Assembly (NCBI RefSeq): GCF_001194135.2
Contig: NC_068981.1
Location: forward strand, 188,780,987-188,844,986
Direction of reading: 5' to 3'
DNA length: 64,000 nucleotides
Origin: Octopus bimaculoides
Taxonomy: Eukaryota
Shown: in pieces, positions 52,201 through 64,000 of the stretch
How positions within the stretch are numbered: the stretch's first letter is position 1
Layout: each line of letters starts with the position of its first letter
Translations under genes and position numbers: made by a program
The notes under the pieces: generated by a model
The model's input: the letters and a program-made list of their open reading frames with translations, nothing else
Told to the model about the DNA's origin: nothing
Databases searched by the model: none

Positions 52201-52913
52201 ATTGGAAGTGGAAGCAAAACTGGACAAGTTCATAAAGGTTTTGTGCAATTCAACAAAATCAACATTCGAATTGTATTTATTGGTAAATTTGCCTTGGCTT
52301 TTAAACTTTGATAAATTTTCTTTAAGCAATCCCAAAATTATAGAATTCACTAACAAAATTGTAAGAAAAATATATCATATTACAATGTAAACAAGTTTTA
52401 TTACATATCTTCTAAAATACAGGTACTCAAAACCAAATAGTTGAATATTTTCAAGAAAGGAAAAGCAAATCATATGCATATTAAGATCCCACATATACTT
52501 GTTGTCTCCAAATAAAATAAAATTCATCCTTTATATATATTTCCATTTTCATCAAAATTATTCTATTTTAGTTTCTTATGAGAATTTAGTTAAAAATTCT
52601 TTGGAAAGTTGACTAATAAAGTATACATAAATTTAAAGTAACCTATAAATTAATAAATACAATGAACAAATTATCCAATTCTAATGCTGCTATTACATAG
52701 GTTAGCAATGAATATATTTTGTTTTAAATATTTAAAAGTCAAGTTCGAGGAATCTTTGGTCTGATCACAAAAAGAATTACACAATGGTATTATTTTGTGT
52801 TTATGAACAACAACAAAGACAGACATCTGGAATTACTGTTTATAAATTAGAAAGACATTGTAATTTATAATGAAAATTCTGCAAATTCCAATGAACATTT
52901 TACAAATTCTGCA

Positions 52914-53315
52914 GGTGTAGGAGTGGCTGTGTGGTAAGTAGTTTGCTTATGAACCACATGATTTCGGGTTCAGTCCTACTACATGGCATTTTGGGCAAGT
53001 GTCTTCTACTATAGCCTTGGGCCGACCAAAGCCTTGTGAGTGGATTTGGTAGACGGAAACTGAAACAAGCCTGTCATATATATGTATATATATGTGTGTG
53101 TGTGTGTGTGTGTCTGTGTTTGTCCCCCGCAACACAGCTTGACAACCGATTCTTGTGTGTTTACATCCCCATAACTTAGTGGTTCGGCAATAGTGACTGA
53201 TAGAATAAGTACTAGGCTTACAAAGAATAAGTCCTGGGGTCGATTTGCTCAACTAAAGGTGGTGCTCCAGCATGGCCACAGTCAAATGGCTGAAACAAGT
53301 AAAAAAGAGTAAAAG
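52914..53315 (+). mobile_element. SINE family A, full-length reference copy
   Basis: tRNA-like head (tggctgtgtggtaag; gggttcagtcc), ttgggcaagtgtcttc core, internal (ta)(tg)n, tail gaaacaagtaaaaaagagtaaaag. Confidence 0.9.
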
Positions 53316-54999
53316 AAATGATTATGAAATTGGAATAAAATAAAAAGGAAAAAAATCACCAGTGATAAATGAACATATTATTGTTAAATTGCAAGATGAT
53401 ATTGGCAGTCAAGTAATTGAAATACCTTGGAATTTCTGAATGGATTTGAATAAACCAAAGTTAAAAATATGTAATCTCAAACTAAAGAAGTTTGGTGATC
53501 AACTCATGAGAGTTTGGAGAAAGTATGCTGCATAAAAGAAACTAGTCAGAGAATAAATGTTGTGTGCTTGAGTGCTGCAGAATGTAAAAGAAATAAAATG
53601 AAGTTTTACATGGATTTGATGAATCCAGTTCATGCATCATTAATTCAAGAGATTGAAATTCCCGGATAATTTTGGGAGATTATGAAGTTTTAAAGCTAAC
53701 AATCTTTTCAAAGGATGGCTACATCTTCCATGTGGGATTAAAGCAAGCATTGCTATGTTTCAACGGAACTGAGCATGTTGGGAATGACATTAATAATGTT
53801 ATCATTCATCAAGAAATGCTGTTCTATAAACATGAATATTTGATAATGTCCATGGATTTTATGATAATCGTTTATGTACACCTAGAATCAAGAAGAATTA
53901 CTGAACGATTACTTAAAAAAATATGCTCCCTTTAGTAAGGTTTTTTTTATTAACGGATATTTAATGTGTAATGAGGGTTTATGAGGGTTTTATTTACATC
54001 ACTGTGTGTGGTATATCTTAGGTGTGTCTATAATTGTATATGTTGTGTGTATGTGCTGCAATGTCTATGTTGGTAATTGTAAGGTTATTGAATTCTGCTG
54101 AAAACCTGGATTCTGTTGCTTGGTCGCACTCAACTGGTGAGGCATTTTAATGTTTGTAAAAGTGTTTTTGCTGCCTTCATTGATGATGGGTTTTGATGGT
54201 AGTTGGCAGATGGTCTGAGAAGTAGTGCAAGATTGTTTTGCAAATGGTCCAGGTAACTAGCTGTGAGGAGCAGATGGTGATGCTTGGCGCAGAGATGTTG
54301 TTGACTTGTTGAGTAATTATGTATTTGTGAGATGGTGTTCATTGTTTAGCATATGAAAGGTTTTCTGTGATACTGTTTTGTTACCTTTTGTGTTTTGTCT
54401 GTGCTTTGGAAAAATAAAATCATAATAGGTACTAAAATGTACGACCTGGTAAGATAATTGTTGGCAATTATAAGTTGATTAATATGTTTCTTAAGATTTA
54501 TGTAATATTTACATTTTAAAAAAAGCAAAAAAAAAAAAAACGTCTGTATTTCTAAAGTTAATTAAAAAACCAAATTTTAGCATTGTTATAAAACCTTTGT
54601 TTTGTAAAAATAACAAAATTCGATTAGAATGAGTTCTTTACAAGAGTCTAGTCTGATAGTAAATACAAGATCAGAGATCAGAATATAATTAAATCTAAGT
54701 ATTATGAAAATTGTACCTTAAAAGTTAAGGTTATGTTTAGACATCAAAGAAACAAATTAAAATACAATGAAAGTAGTAATGATCTGTATAAAGGAAACAA
54801 ACAAAAATCTGACACTATGATTCAGCAATTAAACGGAAATTTTTGTCATGTGTTGATATAAATTGTAATGTTTAACGCAAGCCTCCTCCTTCATGTGTTA
54901 TTAAAACAATGTTGGTATCTTAGTAATAAAGTAGGTTTTGAAAAAAATATTTAATTGAATGGAGAGAGGTGGTGCCTTTCATGTGTGCCAGCCTTTCTA

Positions 55000-55232
55000 C
55001 ACTAGCAAACTCAATGCAGTTGATACTCAGCTTAAACATTTTACATCAATATTTGCAGGAAATGCATAGGCAGGGAGATAATTCCAGAGTGTTGTAGTTG
55101 CAGTCTTTGGGAGGAAATAGTCAATGAATGTTTAATGCTGGGCCTGGGAAGAAGATCATTGTGAGAGGGTTGCTGGTTGAAGAGAATATGCAGTTACTTC
55201 AGAAGAACAAAGGCTATAGTAGTAGCAATTAA
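55000..55232 (-). pseudogene. CR1-type LINE 3' end remnant
   Basis: YYYSLCSSEV and IDYFLPKTATTTLWNYLPAYAFP match the YY.G.CSSEL and FFPRT..LWN.LP..VFP C-terminal motifs of CR1-clade ORF2. Confidence 0.6.
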
Positions 55233-55274
55233 TTGTGTGTGCGTGGAGCAGTAGGATCATCCCATATTCTGCAG

Positions 55275-55617
55275 CACAGAGGAGACCCTTTTGGTCATGA
55301 ATGACCATGGGATTGCACCTAGAAAGTAACCCTCCGAGGAACAAGTCCGGACAAGGTTGCTTATGGAAGGCCAGCAGTCGCCCATGCATATCAGCCTCCC
55401 CTCTCCACACCACTGATGTTATCCAAAGTTAAAGGCAAAGGCCGATACAGCTTGGCACCTGTGACGTTGCAACTCATTTCTACAGCTGAGTGAACTGGAG
55501 CAACGTGAAATAAAGTGTCTTGCTCTAGAACACAACATGCAGCCTGGTCTGGGAATCGAACTCACAAACTCACAATTGTAAGCTCAACACTCTAACCACT
55601 GAGCCATGTGTCTTCAC
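55275..55617 (-). mobile_element. tRNA-derived SINE family D, full length
   Basis: Minus strand: tggctcagtggttagagtg (A box), gagttcgattccc (B box), agcaagacactttatttcacgttgctccagttcactcagctg core, RTE-like tail. Confidence 0.85.
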
Positions 55618-56116
55618 ACTGCAGCACAACACCAATATAAATCTGCCATTAGCCTTGAACTGTTTCCTCACATTAAGAAACTTCTTGCTGAGCCAGAGAC
55701 ACTCATGGGACCAGTTTCTTGGATTCTGTGGCATCTATATTCTCCCACCCCACTCGCTGGATAGGATGCTGGTCTGTGGCAGGGTTACTCTTTGGAGATT
55801 TATACAAATGTTCATAAAATTTTTTGAAGAATTGAATTGACTACAATAACTCATTGTGGAAAGCAGATATAGAATGATGAGAAAGTTGATAACCTTTTGA
55901 AACTATTTGCTTCTATAAGGAAGTACAATATATTTCTATGAAATTTAAATAAATGGTAATTATCAACATTCTGTACAATACTAACTTGCTCATATCTTCA
56001 CTTACACTTTGAGTAAAGGCAATGCTGCTGTTTACATTATCCAATAAACAAAAATTTTGTAGTTTAGTGATTTCCTTGTTTTTGATACTATAGGGAAGTT
56101 GGCATATACCATCCTG

Positions 56117-56537
56117 TGTATCCCAATTCCGTACATTAAATTCTTCAAGAAAGAAAACGGAACGCAGACTCTAAACTAAAACAACACAACAAATATTTTA
56201 TTACAATAGAATTCTGCTCACACTAGGAGGGAATTCGGTAGCATGTCGCCTTTTGGTTAGATGAGACGCCCTCAATGAAGTTGCATGGTTTGAAGCCATT
56301 TCCTGCTCTCTGGTTAACTATGTGCATTCATTGTAGAGTTGATGGAGAGCTGCTGTCGAGACGTCTAGCTTCCACGAAGTTCAGTAAGCAAAAGAGGCAG
56401 AGAGACGCAGGAACGCTTGGATATTGGATGACCACGCATGCGCATGAGGGACTTCCTGCATTCCTTCCGGAAGACTAGTCCCTGCGCATGCGTGGATAAA
56501 CTCTCCAAAATGGCAACTGGTATCAGGCGCCACTACA
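56117..56537 (-). mobile_element. Probable solo LTR
   Basis: TGTA...TACA termini, about 420 bp, CpG-rich U3-like half, AATAAA then a T/G-rich tract about 80 nt before the end; no TSD found. Confidence 0.45.
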
Positions 56538-57566
56538 GATATATAAAGATCAGTGGACCAAAAAATAACTTATTTGGAATGAGGTTAGAGTTGGCAATAG
56601 AAAACCTTTAGTAAGTCTTGTCCAGCCCATGACAACATGGAAAAGCAAACATGAAAATGTTATGACAATGATGATGACATAGTACAAAACTGCTTTTGTG
56701 TTGCAAGATTAGTTAAATATAATTGTTACCAAAAGCACTCTTTTAAACTTTAGTTTGAAGCAGGGAAGTCATTTAAAAACTTGCTTTCTAAAATTTTCCA
56801 TTTCATTAGAAATTGTTTTTGACATGTAGTTATATAGACATTCATGTGTATATATGCACCTAAGGCCCAGATTCTTTCTTTATTTAGAATGAAAATTTAG
56901 TTTTTAACTTTAGAAATTCTGTATGGTTCAGTCATGAGTAACAAATTTTAAAATTATAAACTGCTATTATATTACCAAATCTAACAAAAATAGATGGATA
57001 AAAAATAATTAATTTTTGCATTGTGGATTTTAATTGGTTGAATTTTAATTTATTTATTTATTTTTCCTTTCTTTTGGTTTGAAATTTTAAATTTTTCCGT
57101 TCTTTCAGTCATGTTATAAACCATTAAACAGTAAAATATCTATTTAATTATTAGTGTTTCCTAATTCCGCTGCCAGCTAAATTATTATTTGCTTTTTCTT
57201 GTCTTCAGGTTTGCAAATCAAATACTGGAATCATAATAATTACTACTACAAAAGTTTAGTTTTTCAAAAACTATGCATTATTTTCTTTTTCTTTTAAAAT
57301 CCTATCATAGTTTTGTTTAATGAATACATTGTGTGGTTGTTGGACCTGAATTAGCTTCCAGATAGTTCTTAGCAAATAAAAAGAATGTAATACCAAGTTA
57401 AATTTATATCTCTTTCTATTTTGGCAACTTATACTACTTTTCGAATGCAGCTGTCTGCCTCAAATAGCTTTAGGTCTCAAGCAAGTTCATAAATATTTGA
57501 GTATCAGGATATGGCTTTATTAACTCTGAAACCTCTAAGCTTTCTTTTTCTCCTGAATTATAAAGG

Positions 57567-57607
<41 letters not shown>

Positions 57608-58734
57608 AAAAAGACTGAAATATTGATTAGGAGAAGAAAATATTTACAAAATTGATTTTTCTCTGCATGAAGAAGTGATTTACTGTGTAGAGAGACTGAA
57701 CTTAACATTCTTCAGTATTAATTTTCACATCTTTATTTTGTCATCTTCATATTTGGATTTTACTATTTGAGTTAAAACAGAGAGAGAGAGAGAATGAGTG
57801 TGTGTGTTTGTGTGTGCATACAAATGTGTGTATGTGTGATAGTGTTTATGTAGTGTGTCACCATTGAAAAACATCTTCAAGTGAATGAAACAAAATTCAA
57901 TGCTTTTTCTTTTGAAGCAATCTCCAAAAGTCACAAAGCTTGTAATGCGTAATAATGTGATTTACATTATGTGCATCGCATTTAAGTTTAGAAATAGAAG
58001 TGTAAGACATTTCTCCTATGTCATATACAACCTCCATTGTTTTGGCTTTAATATATTAATGCATTCAAAATATCTACCAACGTGGATGTAAATAAAATTT
58101 TGCAGAAATTTACACTTGCAATATCGTTTGCTTAAAACATCTGTGAATTTTCCTCTTCTATCTTAACTAACTCTAAGCTATATGTCATATTTGTACATTT
58201 GAGATACATCTAAAACTCTATTTTATCCTACTGTTTCTACCTTGCCTAATAGACCTCCACCAACTTGGCTGAGTTTTCCTTTCCTACATTGCTCAATTCT
58301 GTAAACAGTGAAGGGAACCTATTTTTACTGCCCACTTTGCATCCAACTCGACACTATACATATTTATTAAATCTTCTCCATATTTATTGTCTTCCTTTCC
58401 ACTTGGTTCACCACCTTGCATACATATACACCATGTGTGAAAGTCATTTTGGTTGCTTCAAACCCACAAAACCACTAACCCAGATAATGTTCTTTCCATT
58501 ACCCTTAAGCAATGCATTACAGGGCTGACCCTAGTAATCTTCAAACCCATCAATTTCCTCTCTCTCTCTCCCCCACTACTATCTGTCTCTTCAGGGATAT
58601 AACAGTTATTTCTAACCGACTGAACAATGACACAGAAGTTCTCTCGTTCACTCATAGAAGAAAGGTAGACGTATGTGAGTTTGGTTACAGGTGATGTAAA
58701 ACTTGCTAGCTTAGAGAATCAGAACTTGATATAA

Positions 58735-58950
58735 TAATCCTTTCTACTATAGGCACAAGGCCTGAAATTTGGGGGATGGGGCTAGTCGATTACATCGACT
58801 CCAGTTTTTCACTGGTACTTAATTTATCAACCCCAAAAGGCTGAAAAGCAAAGTCAACCTCGGCGGAATTTGAACTCAGAAAGTAGTGATGTGCGAATTA
58901 CTCACTAAGCATTTCATCCAGTGTGCTAACAACTCTGCCACCTTGCTGCC
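58735..58950 (-). mobile_element. SINE family B, tail type ii
   Basis: Reverse complement of the 46580-46797 type; similar copy at 63225-63440; tail type i copy at 60430-60662. Confidence 0.8.
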
Positions 58951-59494
58951 ATAATAATAATACTGACCAGCTCTATTATCTTTCTACTTACTTCCCTTGC
59001 TAACTGCCTTCAGATGGTAACTTCTGCTCCTTTTTCTCATTAGCTTCAACTATTCTCCTTTAATACTAGCTGCTGTTTGTACATCATCTGTTATAGCCAA
59101 CTGCTTGCTGAGACTTCTACAAACATGATAGACGACTTGTATTCTAATAGAAATGTTCATGTACACATTTGTATGTGCATAGACACATATGAACCCCACA
59201 CATGAACACATGCATAAACAAAAGACATACCTACTTAACTTTATTATATATGATGTTCTTGTGTATTAACAATAACAGTATCATAAAATCTCTAAATGCA
59301 GAAACGTCCATTTTCCGATGTTTCAATCAGAAGAACCATTAATAACATGATTCATTATCCCTTTAACTATTTTGCCACCTATAGTGATTCCAACCGTTTC
59401 TCAAGAAATTTGTTCAATAGTGTACTTCTGATCTCCCACGCAACTATTGTGAAAGAATTTCTATTGGAAAGCAAAACCCTGGAAGCTGTATAAC

Positions 59495-59663
59495 TCTTTT
59501 ACTCTTTTCAGTCATATGACTGCGGTCATGCTGGAGCACCGCCTTTATTCGAGCAAATCGACCCCAGGACTTATTCTTTGTAAGCCTAGTACTTATTCTG
59601 AGTCTCTTTTGCTGAACCGCTAAGTTACAGGGACATAAACGCACCAGCATCAGTTGTCAAGCG

Positions 59664-59695
<32 letters not shown>

Positions 59696-60100
59696 CGACG
59701 CGCTTCTTCCAGTTTCCATCTACCAAATCCACTCACAAGGCTTTGGTTGGCCCGAGGACTGGTGAGTCAGAAACCTGCACCAGGCTCCAATCTGATCTGA
59801 CAAAATTTCTACAGCTAGATGCCCTTCTTAATGCCAACCACTCCAAGAGTGTAGTGCGTGCTTTTACGTGTCACCGGCACAAGGGCCAGTCAGGCGGTTC
59901 TGGCAACAAACACACTCAAAAGGTGTTTCTTATGTGCTACCTACATGGGAGCCAGTCCAGTGGCACTGGTAACGATCATGCTTGAAAGTTGTTTTTTCAT
60001 GTGTCACTGGCACAAGCGCCAGTTAGGCAATGCTGGCAACGATCATGCCTGAATGGTGCTTTTTACGTGCCACCGGCATGGGAGCCAATCAGTGGCCCTA
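59495..60100 (-). mobile_element. Chimera of family C (59755-60100) and family A 3' half (59495-59755)
   Basis: Sequence switches family at ...ggcccGAGGactggtg..., a GAGG shared by both consensuses. Confidence 0.7.
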
Positions 60101-60144
<44 letters not shown>

Positions 60145-60977
60145 TAACTGTGAGAAAAAGATGTTGATATAAAACCATTAATGGGAATTGATAAAAGCCA
60201 CCACGGGACAAATAAAATGAAAAGGTGTTTAATCGTTATTTCAACTTAAAATCTAATTGTGAAACAGAAAGTTTAAAATGATTGTAACCATAAACAAAAT
60301 CAAAATCGTTATGGTGTAGATAGAAATACATGATGTTGGAGGGATATATTTGAGCAAGCCTATGATGAAAACATTCCAACTCTGACCAGCCTGTCATTCC
60401 ATGATTTGAGGGTAGTTTGGTTACTATTTCTTATTTTTTTATTGTCCACAAGGGGCTAAACATAGAGGGGACGAACAAGGACAGACAGAAGGATTAAGTC
60501 AATTACATCGACGCCAGTGCGTAACTGGTACTTAATTTATCGATCCCAAAAGGATGAAAGGCAAAGTCGACCTCAGCGGAATTTGAACTCAGAACGTAAA
60601 GACAGACGAAACACCACTAAGCATTTCGCCCAGCGTGCTAACGTTTCTGCCAGCTCACCGCCTTTGGTTACTATTTCTAGCAGTTGGAGCAAGCACATAG
60701 AAGTACCTGCCTTGGCTTATATGATTTGATGTGTATGAGTAGGCAAATAGTGTTTCCTATAGATATTAAATATGTTGTAAAGCATCTGTCAACATTAATA
60801 ATCAGGTAGTCAGCATGTGTGCATATTCTGCTGGAATTATGAAGTTTATTGTTATTAGTTGTGGAATTCTAAAATAGCTGGTATTTTTTAATGTCTTCTT
60901 TTTCACGTGTAATCATAAATTATATTAAAACTGAAAATTCAGGAAGGTATGGAACTGCTTAAAAGTTTGCATCTCAC

Positions 60978-61127
60978 CTGCCCACATTTGCTTTCTATGT
61001 GATTGATTGCATGGTAGGAAGTTTTAACAACAGCAATTAAAGCTAATATAAAGTGGGTAGATAAATCTGTCCAAGCAATCTTATAGTACCAATTGCTAAA
61101 GATGTTTCCTTTAGCCATTATTTTCAA
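60978..61127 (-). CDS. Best minus-strand exon candidate, 150 nt, LKI-MAKGNIFSNWYYKIAWTDLSTHFILALIAVVKTSYHAINHIESKCGQ
   Basis: ttctttttttttatcttcaatttccag acceptor, CAG|gtgaga donor, only phase 0 open, ATG in ataATGG context nine nt inside the exon. Confidence 0.4.
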
Positions 61128-62044
61128 CTGGAAATTGAAGATAAAAAAAAAGAATAGCTTGATATAATCTCTTTTAAAAAGTTTTTTTCTTTGGATAATT
61201 ACAGCATATAGAAACCAGAATGTATTTTTCTGTTCAGCATTGTGTTGGTAATCTTTGTTATTTGATAGCTTTACTGAAAAAAAAAAAAAAAAGATAAATG
61301 CTTCAAGGAAAGAGTAAAACAGTAAAACTTCAGCCATTGCTACAAAAACAGCATCAGTAATAGTATTTAATTAGCCCAGAGTCTCTCTCGTGATATTTTC
61401 TTGTAGGACACCATCCTTTATTTAGTTCATCATTGGGAGGAAGGCAGTGAATTGGGGGATGCTATGAATTTGTTATAATATCATAATACTGTATGCAAAT
61501 TATACAATGTTATATTAAATATCAAATGATTCATAGTATATATAAATTAGTGAAATATAGAATATTTATTTATATATAAAAATAGGGGTGGGGGCACTGA
61601 GGGTATTACGTGGCCATGAGGTGGGGGCAGTGGCCCAAACAATTTGACAACCTCTGATTTAGTTGATGCTGATACTACTGGTCTATGGTTGCTATGTGGG
61701 GGTGCAATGGCTCAGTGGTTAGGGTAGCGGACTCGCAGTCATGGGATTACAGTTTCAATTCCCAGACTCAGCCATGTTTGCATGGAACAAACGAGTGTAC
61801 ATTGAAATTAAGTCTTTCAATGACCAGACAATCTTCCTGTCACTAACTCCCGCTTGTTTCTAAGTGAGATAACACTCTTCAAGTTTGCCCTAAACAACAA
61901 TCAACCTGGAAATGTTTTATGTGGGGAACTGGAAACAAATGACACCGTTTAAGGAGCCATTTTGTCTACAAATACTATGCAGTATGTTCGATGCATTAAG
62001 AAGCCTGGATATTCTTTTGTGGTAGACAGCAGGAAGTTATAGCT

Positions 62045-62520
62045 AATGCACCATTTGTGCATGGTTGATGCCAGTACCACCAGACTGGCTCCCATGCTGG
62101 TGGCATGTAAAATGCACCATTCGAGTGTGACTGATGCCAGTGTTGCCTGACTGACTCCCGTGCCAGTGACATGTAAAAGGCACCATTTGAGCATGACTGA
62201 TGCCAGTTCCACCTGACTGGCTCCTGTGCTAGTAGCACATAAAAAGCACCATTCAAGTGTGGTTGATGCTCGTGCTATCTGACTGCCTCCTGTGCTGGTG
62301 GCACGTAAAAAGCACCATTTGAGCGTGACCGATGCCAGTGCTGCCTGACTGGCCTCTGTGCCAGTGGCATGTAAAAAGCACCCACTACACACTCTCAGAG
62401 TGGTTGGCATTAGGAAGGCCACCCAGCTGTAGAAACCTTGCCAGTCCTCAGTCAAACCATCCAACCCATGCCAGTTTGGAAAGCAGGCGTTAAACAATGA
62501 CAATGATGATGGTGATGAAA
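62045..62520 (+). mobile_element. SINE family C carrying five tandem 66-bp units
   Basis: gatgc unit starts at 62067, 62133, 62199, 62265 and 62331 (period exactly 66), followed by the RTE-like tail. Confidence 0.9.
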
Positions 62521-63667
62521 CTAACAAACACAAATTAGATGTAAACTGTATATATATATATATATATATATGCTTGTGTGTGTGTGAGGGGCTTCTTCAC
62601 TTTCCATTTACCAAGGCCACTTACAAGGCTTTGATCAGCCCAATGGTATTGTAGAAGTGGCTTGCAATAGGACTGAACTGAAAATTGCATGAATGGGAAG
62701 CAAACTACACTGTGACACAATTATATCTGTGCCTATATCTAGCCATGCCTGGCAGTATTATTTCTCTTTCATCTTACAATATTATTTTCTCTTCTAATAT
62801 TATTCTTTTTTTCAATGGAAAAAAAAATAATTATGACAGTGCTTTTATGAACATAAAAGTTAATAAACAAAATTATATTAAAATATGACAACAGAAGGCA
62901 GAGCTCAGAAATGTTGATTGTGGAAGTTTAAAAAAGCAGAGATAAAAGTGCGTGCGCGCGCGCGTGTGTGTATATATATATTGTTATTGTTTTGAATTTT
63001 AAGCAAATTTAAAACTAGCGATACGTGCATGAATGCACTCACACACGCACACACACACACACACACACACAAAATGTTGGATTTCGATTTGCTCAAATTA
63101 GAGTTGAAAACAAGAAAACTAAGTCAGTTCAGAAGTAAATCAATATCAGAATATTTATTAATGGAAATGTAACCAAAATTCCTTCATAAAAATGCTAAAT
63201 AGGGTTTTCCTTAGGTGTTAAAATAACAAGAAAATTGGTTTCAAATTTTGGCACAAGGCCAGCAATTTGGGGGCAAGTGGGTACTCGATTACATCTACCT
63301 CAGTGCCCAACTGGTGCTTATTTTATCAGCTCAAAAGGATGAAAGGCAAAGCTGATCCCAGCAGAATTTGAACTCAAATCATAAAGATGGATGAAATGCC
63401 ACTAAGAATTTTGCCTAGCATGCTAATGATTCTGCCAGCTACTAATAGTTTCATACATAGGTGAAGTTGTCTAGGCAGGTTTTAATAACATGCCTAATGT
63501 CTCCAAGCCTGTTTTCTGGCCTGAAGGTTGCTTGGAAACACAAGGCGCATTATTAAAACTTGCCTAGACTACATCTCCAATGCATGAAACTATTAGTAAC
63601 TCATAGCTGTATACTGGATGGAATTCTTTTTTGTTGATCTTACCTTCATGAAAACTATATATATATA

Positions 63668-64000
63668 TCATCATCATCATCGTTTAACGTCCGCTTTCCA
63701 TGCTAGCATGGGTTGGACGATTTGACTGAGGACTGGTGAAACCGGATGGCAACACCAGGCTCCAGTCTAATTTGGCAGAGTTTCTACAGCTGGATGCCCT
63801 TCCTAACGCCAACCACTCAGAGAGTGTAGTGGGTGCTTTTACGTGTCACCCGCACGAAAACGGCCACGCTCGAAATGGTGTCTTTTATGTGCCACCCGCA
63901 CAAGCCAGTCCAGGGGCACTGGCAACGATCTTGCTCGAAAATCCTACGGGAGCCAGTCAGGCGGTACTGGCAACGGCCACGCTCAAAATGGTGCATCTCA
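63668..64000 (-). mobile_element. SINE family C, young copy running off the window end
   Basis: Near identical to 7188-7338 in the tail; CpG-rich internal units. Confidence 0.9.

Noticed and set aside
53420-54420. KYLGISE motif (+) and an AC-rich minus-strand stretch suggestive of old LINE ORFs
   Set aside because: Too degraded to assign by eye; needs a BLASTx against a transposon protein library.
57209-57300. Strong acceptor (tttttcttgtcttcag) followed by FANQILES* or other short frames, a possible last exon
   Set aside because: All frames are short and uninformative, there is no donor, and no phase-compatible upstream exon could be tied to it.
61949-62533. 194-aa ORF with a 22-aa repeat, and a CRISPR-like look of the array
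   Set aside because: It is the antisense reading of the 66-bp SINE-internal tandem unit; units are contiguous and homologous over their whole length, with no unique spacers and no cas genes.

Overview
AT-rich, repeat-dense animal genomic DNA with six N gaps (4913-4922, 7422-7697, 18434-19061, 19696-20010, 20295-20304, 37632-37988). The SINE and MITE repertoire looks to me like an octopus/coleoid genome; this is recall, not a database result. No ORF in the supplied track is a credible host protein: they are microsatellites, gap artefacts, SINE read-throughs or decayed retroelement pieces. The window is mostly intron-like or intergenic and contains: at least four tRNA-derived or RTE-tailed SINE families in dozens of copies (A-D below); hAT-, mariner- and TTAA-type MITEs; remnants of R4/Dong-type, CR1-type and Penelope (GIY-YIG) retroelements; and a probable solo LTR. 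Several short exon candidates with good splice sites occur on both strands, but I could not assign them to a named gene. The most interesting object is at 2378-2836: an element combining a Pol III tRNA-like head with a Penelope-type tail carrying a minimal type I hammerhead ribozyme, present as a head-to-head inverted pair. Repeat boundaries are by-eye estimates unless a TSD or TIR is quoted.
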